A DNA stretch of 63,380 nucleotides, counting the filler, from Octopus bimaculoides (Eukaryota): the NCBI RefSeq assembly GCF_001194135.2. It is 5 parts of 5 records of this genome, joined end to end, with 100 filler letters (N's around TTAATTAATTAA, not from the genome) between each part and the next. Parts side by side here need not be neighbours in the genome. Positions count along the whole stretch, not along the records: positions 45,946 to 61,494 come from NC_069010.1; positions 61,595 to 63,380 come from NC_069005.1; 3 more parts are not named here. The stretch is one strand, 5' to 3'. Below, piece by piece: positions 53,984-63,380 of this stretch. The translations under genes and the position numbers were made by a program. Numbering within the stretch: position 1 is the stretch's first letter; each line of letters starts with the position of its first letter. The notes below the pieces were generated by a model, which did not search any database, was not told the origin of the DNA, and was given only the letters and a program-made list of their open reading frames with translations.

Positions 53984-54511
53984 GTATGTGTTATCATCAT
54001 CATCATCATCATCATCATCATTATAGTCACCATCATAATCACCATTGCTATCAACATCACCACCATTACCACCACCACCACCACCACCTCCACAATCATC
54101 AACACCATCACCACCATCATCATCACAACATCACCATCACCACCACTACCACCATCGTCATTGTCTGCATCGCCATTATCAGCACCACCATCATCCACAT
54201 TGTCACCACTATCACCATCATCATCATCATCATCATAATCATCATCACCACCACCATCATTATCCTCATCATCATCATCATCATCACCATCATTATTAAG
54301 GCGGCGACCTTGCAAGATCGTTAGTATGCCGGGCAAAATACTTAGCGGCATTTTGTCTGTCTTTTCGTTCTGAGTTCAAATTCCACCAAGGTCAACTTTG
54401 CCTTTCATCCTTTCAGGGTCGATAAATTAAGTACCAGTTGAGCCCTGGACTTGATACAATCAACTTATCCTATCCCTGAAATTGCTGGTCTTATGCCAAA
54501 ATTTGAAACCC

Positions 54512-54543
<32 letters not shown>

Positions 54544-54573
54544 GTTGTTGTTGTTGTTGTTGTTTATTTACAG

Positions 54574-54657
54574 GATCTGAACATAACAGCCAGTGACAGA
54601 CAATGTGTAATGGACATAACAAAATACATGGCTCATAATCCTTTTACCGTTCGAATT
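54574..54657 (+). CDS. CLCN7: CLC-7-like exon, linker to CBS2 start (DLNITASDRQCVMDITKYMAHNPFTVRI)
   Basis: Acceptor tttatttacag, donor gtaaga; 84 nt, phase 0-0; matches [28 protein letters not shown]. Confidence 0.92.
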
Positions 54658-55345
54658 GTAAGAATCTTGTTTTTTTTGTTATGTTTTTTTTAACTCCTGT
54701 TTTTGTCTTCCATATCTGATCTGGCAAAGTTCCTACAGCTACTTCCTAATGCCAACATCTCTAAGAGTGTAGTGTAGTGGGTGTTTTTTATGTGCCGCCA
54801 GCAAGGGGGCCAGTCAGGCGGCACTGGTATCGATCATGGTGCTTTTTACATGCCACTGGTATCAGCCATACTCGAATGGTGTGTCTTTTACATGCCGCTG
54901 GCATGGGTGCCAGTCAGACGGCACACCATCATCCACAACTACGATTTCACTTGACTCAACAGATCTTCTCAATCACAGCATATTGCTCTACAATTGAAGG
55001 GTACTTTTAAAAGGGCCAGTTATGCGACACTGGCATTGCCCATGGCTATGGTCTCACTTGGACTGCCGGGTTTTCTCAAGCACAGCATATCTCCGAAGGT
55101 CCTGGTCACTTGTCATTGCCTCTGTGAGGCCCAAAGTTCTAAAGTTATGCGTATATTGAATAAATTAATTTATATCCATTAGATCTCTCCGTTTTCAAAC
55201 TTAATAACAATATTTGATATTTAACAATATTTTATATAATATATTCACTGAAGAAATATCTCTTCAAAATGAAATATATTAAACCAGTGTATCTCAGATA
55301 AAGATATCCTTATTGTGACTATATGTTTATATATGTTTATACACG

Positions 55346-55379
<34 letters not shown>

Positions 55380-55488
55380 CATACATATATGTATATGTAC
55401 ATATACATATACATATGTGTGTGCATATATATATATATATGTACATATATACATATATATATATACATATGCATATAAAAATATTTGC

Positions 55489-55527
<39 letters not shown>

Positions 55528-57764
55528 AACACACACACCCAGCAATTATGTTGCTATACTGGATTTTAAGGGATTTGCTATATGTGGTTTGGTTTTGCCA
55601 TAATTTTGACATATGTGGTTTGGTTTTGCCATAATTGGCTCTCAAGAATTTGAAGAAGTCATTTCAAATATATGATAGAAATTGAAATATGAGATACCAC
55701 CCACATTGTTATTAATTCACTGGAACGACTTCAAAACCTACACCTTTTCTTGAACAAAACATAATATGGATTCTCAAAATAACTTTCCCTCTACTTGCTA
55801 GTCATAAAATATTTATCTAATGTTAACTGCTACAAAGTAAGAATTAACGTATACAATGAAATCACTTCTTAATATTATGTTTTCTAAGGCGGCGAGCCGG
55901 CAGAGTCGTTAGTAGGCTGGGTGAAATGCTTAGCAATATGTCGTCTGTGTTTACATTCTGAGTTCAAATTCCATTGAGGTCGACTTTACCTTGTATCCTT
56001 TGGGGGGGAGGCGATAAATTAAGTACAAGTTACATACTGGAGCTGATCTAATCGACTGGCCCGCTCCCCCAAAATTTCAGGCATTGTGTCTTGAGTAGAA
56101 AAGAATAAAAGCAGCAAGCTGACAGAAATGGCAGCATGCTGGGCAAAATGCAATTTTCACGCTAGCCATTGTGATATCAATTTTACGAATTCAGTCCCAA
56201 AGCATAAAATTTCGCCATTTTACGCACATGCACAAAAATAACAATGACATGGGTTTGCTACCAGACTCTGGTCATTTTTTCATCAAATTGGTCCTACCCA
56301 TTAATATAGATTTTAAATTTTTGAAAAATGTCAAAATTTGATGAAAAATGTTTCATGGCTATAAGCAGACATCTTATTAACGGTAATTTTTTGCTGGGTA
56401 TCTCAGCTGGTATATATATATATATATNNNNNNNNNNNNNNNNNNNNNNNNNNNNNNNNNNNNNNNNNNNNNNNNNNNNNNNNNNNNNNNNNNNNNNNNN
56501 NNNNNNNNNNNNNNNNNNNNNNNNNNNNNNNNNNNNNNNNNNNNNNNNNNNNNNNNNNNNNNNNNNNNNNNNNNNNNNNNNNNNNNNNNNNNNNNNNNNN
56601 NNNNNNNNNNNNNNNNNNNNNNNNNNNNNNNNNNNNNNNNNNNNNNNNNNNNNNNNNNNNNNNNNNNNNNNNNNNNNNNNNNNNNNNNNNNNNNNNNNNN
56701 NNNNNNNNNNNNNNNNNNNNNNNNNNNNNNNNNNNNNNNNNNNNNNNNNNNNNNNNNNNNNNNNNNNNNNNNNNNNNNNNNNNNNNNNNNNNNNNNNNNN
56801 NNNNNNNNNNNNNNNNNNNNNNNNNNNNNNNNNNNNNNNNNNNNNNNNNNNNNNNNNNNNNNNNNNNNNNNNNNNNNNNNNNNNNNNNNNNNNNNNNNNN
56901 NNNNNNNNNNNNNNNNNNNNATGTAATAAAACAGCGGCTAACTAGTCCAACAGTATTGCTTTTTCTTGTATTTGTTGCTCCATTCTCCACATAAATATAA
57001 TTATAAACTACGGTTTAAGCAGTAAATTACCTGCCTCTGGATGCCCTCTTCCCAAGACGGTACCCGTACAGGTGATCCCCAGGAGTGCCTCCGGATTTAA
57101 ACATCCCCTGGTTGCTTGGATGCTTCAGACTACCCCTGAAGGATCGAGGCAAGCTTATCACTTACATATATATATATATATATAAATATATATATATATA
57201 TTTATATACCTACGTGCTAAACATACAAACCTTTCAAATTAGCATATTTCTCCATGAATTGGGAAAATGATGAACAGCTTAAATTGATTCTCATCCTGTT
57301 TTCTAAATGTCAGTAACTATGTTATTCCTCTGCAAGAACTTGCTTGCCCTCCCACCCACTTCTCATACTTCAACCTCTCATCTCTTGGCAAAAGCTGCTG
57401 CTCACCTCACCTCCTGGCCTCACATTTTGTGGTCTTGTGCACTGCTTGGCATCTTCACTAGTGCTTGTGCCACTGTAAAGCGATCGTAGTTTGGAAGGGC
57501 ATCCGGCTGTAGAAACCATGCCAAATAAAGACTGGAGCAGAATGCAGCCTTTGCACCCACTGGATCCTGTCAAACTGTGTGACTCCTGCTAGCAGAGAAG
57601 ATGGATGTCAAATGACATTGGTGGAGGTTTGGTTCTCTTCAAGAGTGTCATCACTTGACCAATTGCAGAGAAACAGGTGGCCAGTCTGTTTATTTATGCA
57701 TCTCATTCACATACACGTATATACATAAAGTAATCTATATGTTGTATAATTATTCTCCTTGCAG

Positions 57765-57845
57765 TCTTGTTCCCTTCCAAGATTGTTTCGTCTCTTCCGA
57801 GGTCTTGGTCTTCGCCATTTGATCATAGTCAATGATAAGAATGAT
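57765..57845 (+). CDS. CLCN7: CLC-7-like exon, CBS2 core ([27 protein letters not shown])
   Basis: Acceptor ttctccttgcag, donor gtaagt; 81 nt; near-identical to ClC-7 [26 protein letters not shown] and closer to ClC-7 than to ClC-6. Confidence 0.95.
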
Positions 57846-57855
57846 GTAAGTACAG

Positions 57856-57890
<35 letters not shown>

Positions 57891-57891
57891 C

Positions 57892-58185
57892 ATTACCTCC
57901 ATCTTAGCGAAGGCAGAGGTATTGTTTTCAGTTGTGTTTGTTTGTTTGTCCGTGGACAAGATATCTCAAGAACCGCTGGATGGATTTGGATAACACTTTC
58001 AGAGATGTTTGGCCTCATGACTGGCACAAACTGATTAGATTTTGGGATTGATCTGGTACTGGACAAGGATTCTGGATTACTTTTCCGTTTTTTTTACTTA
58101 ATTTTTGAGAGTGGTTGGGTTCATTTTTAGTATTCTCGTTGGTGAGAGCAGTCGAGTTTATTTCAGATAATCTCATTTCAAAAAC
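57892..58185 (+). mobile_element. Helentron/DINE-like non-autonomous element starting 47 nt after the CBS2 exon
   Basis: Starts ttacctcc..gaggtattgttttc, then (gttt)n and ggatggatttggataacacttt; this layout is recalled for Helentron-associated elements. Confidence 0.45.
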
Positions 58186-58187
58186 CA

Positions 58188-58223
<36 letters not shown>

Positions 58224-58589
58224 NNNNNNNNNNNNNNNNNNNNNNNNNNNNNNNNNNNNNNNNNNNNNNNNNNNNNNNNNNNNNNNNNNNNNNNNNNNNN
58301 NNNNNNNNNNNNNNNNNNNNNNNNNNNNNNNNNNNNNNNNNNNNNNNNNNNNNNNNNNNNNNNNNNNNNNNNNNNNNNNNNNNNNNNNNNNNNNNNNNNN
58401 NNNNNNNNNNNNNNNNNNNNNNNNNNNNNNNNNNNNNNNNNNNNNNNNNNNNNNNNNNNNNNNNNNNNNNNNNNNNNNNNNNNNNNNNNNNNNNNNNNNN
58501 NNNNNNNNNNNNNNNNNNNNNNNNNNNNNNNNNNNNNNNNNNNNNNNNNNNNNNNNNNNNNNNNNNNNNNNNNNNNNNNNNNNNNNNNT

Positions 58590-59805
58590 ATTTGATGAGA
58601 ACTCTCAGCTTATTTTGCTGGGTAAGATGGTAAGTGTCAGCTGTCCACAGCCAGCAGACTAAGGTGACACTTGTTTACTGGTCATACTTCAAAAACCTTG
58701 TGAAGAATTCTTGGAGTTCCAAGCAATGCTGATTTTTGTCGGTGTTCTATCCATACATTTGTACAAATCATTTTAAGCCATGTTGGTAGTTAAGTGCTGA
58801 TACTTCATAGTGTGCCGATTACCTATTGGTATCACGTCTGCTCTCCTCATTGACAAAAACCTTCGTATTTCCCACTTCAAATCATTGCAATTCTTCAGTT
58901 TTTCTTCTTCTTCTTTCTCTTTGATCCTGTTGTCACCAGAACATGCTATGTCAATTGTTATACATGTTCTCTTTTTTTAAATTCACCACAACAATGTCCG
59001 GTTTCCAATGTCTAGTTAGGTGGTCGCAATGAATCATTGCATCCCCACAGGATTCATTCCCAGTGACTCCTGGGGTTTGCACGTACCACATCTTTGGTCT
59101 TTGTAGGCTGTGATTTCCACAAGCTCCCACTGGATCATCCTAGTCACATTATGTCATCTTTTGTAAATGCGTTGTGTCAATTTTGAGCATTCGCTAACGA
59201 TGTACCATACTAATTCACCCTCTTACCACCCATTCTGCATTTGTTGCTCTCAGTAGTGTTGTTGATTTTGCACTTCACATAGTCCTTAATGCTTGTTCTT
59301 GTGCTGCACATATAAGTGCTTCTGTCTCTATCTTCAGGTCACTCCTCCACATCCATAGCCATCCTCATCATCATTATTATTATGAAAAATCTCAGCTTCA
59401 TTTTGTTGGGTATGATGGAAAGTGTCAGCTGTCCACAGCCAGCAGACTAAGGTGACACTTGTTTACTGGTCATGCTTCAAGAACCCTACAGAGAGAACTC
59501 TGGCAGTTCCAAGCAATGATGAATTTTGTAGGTGATCTATCTTTACATTTGCATCAATCTTTTTGATTAATGTTGGTAGTTGAGTGCTGATACTTCTAAT
59601 TGCACCAATTACTACTAGTATCATGTCCGCTCTATTCATCACCCACAACCTGTGTATTTCCCCACTTCAAGTCATCATAGTTGTTCAGTTTTTCTTCTTC
59701 TTTCTCTTTGATCCTGTTGTCACCAGGTCATGCAATGTCAATTATCAGGCATGCTTTTTTTTTTTTCGTTTCTGTTCACCACAATAATGTCAGGTTTCCA
59801 AAGTT
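58590..59805 (-). mobile_element. Two tandem R4/Dong-like 3' fragments
   Basis: SDLKIETEALICAAQEQALRT, KPDIVVV, TIDIACSGDNRIKEKEEE; second copy VIGAI..KIDHLQNSSLLGTARVL; shared 54-nt 3' block. Confidence 0.82.
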
Positions 59806-60524
59806 AATTATTATTATTATTATTATTATTATTAAGGTGGTGAGCTGGCAGAATCATTAGCATGCTAGGCAAAAATGTTTAGCATCATTTTGTCCATCTT
59901 CATATTCTAAATTCAAATTCCACTGAGGTCAGCTTTGTTTTCCATCCTTTTTGGAGTTGATAAAACAAGTAGCAGTTGAACAACTTAGTCCTCCCCAATT
60001 AATCTGCTGGCCTTGTGCTAAAATTTGAGACTATTATTATTATTATTATNNNNNNNNNNNNNNNNNNNNNNNNNNNNNNNNNNNNNNNNNNNNNNNNNNN
60101 NNNNNNNNNNNNNNNNNNNNNNNNNNNNNNNNNNNNNNNNNNNNNNNNNNNNNNNNNNNNNNNNNNNNNNNNNNNNNNNNNNNNNNNNNNNNNNNNNNNN
60201 NNNNNNNNNNNNNNNNNNNNNNNNNNNNNNNNNNNNNNNNNNNNNNNNNNNNNNNNNNNNNNNNNNNNNNNNNNNCACAATAATGTCAGGTTTCCAAAGT
60301 TAATTATTATTATTATTATTATTATTAAGGTGCTGAGCTGGCAGAATCATTAGCATGCTAGGCAAAAATGTTTAGCATCATTTTGTCCATCTTCATATTC
60401 TAAATTCAAATTCCACTGAGGTCAGCTTTGTTTTCCATCCTTTTTGGAGTTGATAAAACAAGTAGCAGTTGAACAACTTAGTCCTCCCCACTTAATCTGC
60501 TGGCCTTGTGCTAAAATTTGAGAC

Positions 60525-60557
<33 letters not shown>

Positions 60558-62098
60558 CATCATAATTAAGGCGATGAGCTGGCAGAATCGATAGCACACC
60601 AGGCAAAATGCTTAGCAGTATTTAATGTCTTTACATTCTGAGTTCAAATTCCGCCGGGGTCAACTTTGCCTTTTATCCTTTCAGGGTCAATGAATTAAGT
60701 ACTAGTGAAACACCGGGGTCAGTGTAATTGACTTAGCCCTTCCCACCAAATTTCAGGCCTTGTGTCTATGGTAGAGAGGATTATTATTATTGAGTGAGAG
60801 AGTACAATGAATGCCATCAAAGTAACACTGGGCTAAAATATATGAAGCCCAGTATACCCACCATGACCACCCGTCTGATAAGGGTACACCAGGCACATGC
60901 ATCACAATCATATGTGTGTGGCATGGCGACCTTATATCAAGATAAACAGTGCATGACCTTGCAGGTGGGGCCCAGTTAGAATTTTTTTTCAGCTCAAGTA
61001 GCCCATCTTGCTCAAAATGTCCCTGAATGAAGGTTGTTTAAAGATGATGAATACAACACGCATGCTTCCAAAGGTGAATTATTCAAACCCCAAAGAATTC
61101 CTCTCAACACATGGCTATGATGCTCCTCCACTATTTCTGCTCATTGTCAGAGATGCATGTATTGTCAGCCACTAATGGACATGCTCAACTGGTTAAAGTC
61201 AAACAACTATCAAGCAAATCTGTGGTACTGAACAGATTATTATTATTATTATTATGTTTTGCCTTTTGTTTTGTATTTGTACAAGTTGACTCCAAGTCTC
61301 AGTTAGAGACCTCAAGAGACAACAAGTTAGAAGTTCAAGTTGATGTTATGACTAGGATGCCATATATTTGGTTTCACACATAGTATTTAAGGCAGCGAGC
61401 TGGCAGAAACGTTAGCACGCCGGGCGAAATGCTTAGCGGTATTTCGTCTGCCGCTACGTTCTGAGTTAAAATTCCGCCGAGGTCGACTTTGCCTNNNNNN
61501 NNNNNNNNNNNNNNNNNNNNNNNNNNNNNNNNNNNNNNTTAATTAATTAANNNNNNNNNNNNNNNNNNNNNNNNNNNNNNNNNNNNNNNNNNNNGATCAG
61601 CAAACTTTTTTTGAGCATTGGAGGACTAAATACCCTTGTGTGTTTAGCTAACTTTGCTTTTCATATCATTCTGGATTGGATAAAGTTAAGTACCAGGCCA
61701 GCATAGAGTTTTATTTAATCAACTAAGCCTCTGCCCCAACACACATTTATTTCGTATGTAGGGAGTGGGGAGGCTTATGTTAAAACACAATGTATGAGTA
61801 TATGGGTTTATCATTATCATCATTGTCTTCCATGTGAATATATATATATATATATGTATGTATATGTATATGTATTACTTTGGTCAAGTCAGCCCCTTGC
61901 TAGAGTGAGTTTCAAATCTTAGTGCACAGGGAGTTGAGGCAAAACTCAGAGTTGCAAACGACTGGCTTGACCCCAGAAAATATTCATCTTCCCTATGGTA
62001 TTGAGTACTCATTTTTCTGATAGACAACACTACACATATTACATATATACACGTGTGTGTGTGTGTGTGTATAAAAGTATGTATGTATATATATGTGG

Positions 62099-62152
<54 letters not shown>

Positions 62153-62649
62153 CCACATCAGACGCCATTATGGATCTAAGGTGTAGGTTCAAGAAAGTGG
62201 TCAGACTCTACATAAAAAGTAGACAACCACCATATGTGCGTGTGTGTGTATGTATATATGTGTGTGTGTGTGTGTGTATAAAATAGTTGAAAAACATGCA
62301 AACCTGTTAATTCTAACTTAATATCAGAAATTCTTTAAACCTCTTACTAGATTTCTAGTAAAGAAAGCTAATAGTGAATACATGATTACTAACAGCTATT
62401 GGTAACCAAGCTTCTGTCGTATTTGTTTTTGTTTGAATTATATTTTTGAAAAATGACATTTTTTCTCTCCTTTTCATTTGTTAAAGTTTATTACTTATAT
62501 TGGAATGAAAATAAAATTTATCAATGGTTAAAACCTTTTCTCTGTTTATATTTTTGATGCATGTAATTTCTGGTAAGCTTCATTCCAATTGGAAGCTTGC
62601 ATTCCTCTTAAATGGATGATAGTTGTAAATGCATATACATGTGCATGTA

Positions 62650-62686
<37 letters not shown>

Positions 62687-63084
62687 TATACGCAATTTCA
62701 ATTTTTATGTATGTTTGGGTGTGTTTGTATTTCACTTAAATGAATGGTTAATAATGATAATAATAATTTATCTCTTACAATCATAAGAGTCGTTTGGAAT
62801 TTTTTTTTGCTTTGTTCTACTTAACTCACAAAGTAAAAAAGAAAAGGAATTATCTACTAGAAAAGTAATGAAATACGTATATATTTCATATTGTTTAGTA
62901 TATTCTCTGCTTTCAAGGATGGCAAAATATTTTCTTTTGTAGTGAATTTTCTCTTTAAAACAAAGAATTAAATGAACCACACCAGTGCAAAAGATAACTT
63001 TTGTAATTTTCAACCCACTTGAACTGTGATAAGATGAAATTTTTTGTCTTTCTCTAATATATGTATGTGTGGTGTATGTCTGTA

Positions 63085-63150
<66 letters not shown>

Positions 63151-63380
63151 ATTATAAGTATACTATATATGATATATGATTAACTGTGTGTGTGTGTATA
63201 TATATAAGCTTGAAATCATAGGATGGCTTGAATGGTATGCTAGGAAAATATATAGATGAAGCAATATTTTTGCTGTTGGATTTAGGTTTTGTATTTTCAA
63301 GCACGATTTGGTTTTGAAGTAGATTAAGAAGGATTTATTGGGATTCATTGCTTTTTTTTTTTTTGCATTAATTTACATAT

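Noticed and set aside
61884-62040. Non-repetitive ORF STQYHREDEYFLGSS.. on the minus strand, and a search here for the final CLC exon
   Set aside because: No recognisable homology, no VxGxVTRKDL in any + frame, and unconvincing splice signals.

Overview
AT-rich, intron-rich animal genomic DNA from a gappy short-read scaffold. The SINE families and microsatellite load suggest an octopus/cephalopod; this is inference. Almost every ORF in the supplied track is a microsatellite or N-gap artefact. The only supportable host gene is the 3' part of a CLC-7-like (CLCN7) Cl-/H+ exchanger on the + strand: six GT-AG exons at 46408-57845 splice in frame to 180 aa covering the end of the membrane domain, CBS1 and CBS2. 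Its upstream transmembrane exons and last exon were not found. The rest is layered repeats: tRNA-derived SINEs, R4/Dong-like RLE retrotransposon fragments in (AAT)n tracts, RTE LINE fragments, mariner fossils/MITEs and Helitron-like ends. The most interesting region is 42.6-45.0 kb. It holds a ~350-nt direct-repeat unit with a type I hammerhead ribozyme fold (retrozyme/Penelope-like), a 309-bp palindrome with a variant hammerhead in each arm, and a 270-bp fold-back made from a relative of the 350-nt unit. TTAATTAATTAA linkers inside 100-nt gaps mark artificial joins; one lies between this cluster and the CLC exons. Repeat boundaries are approximate because they were read by eye.
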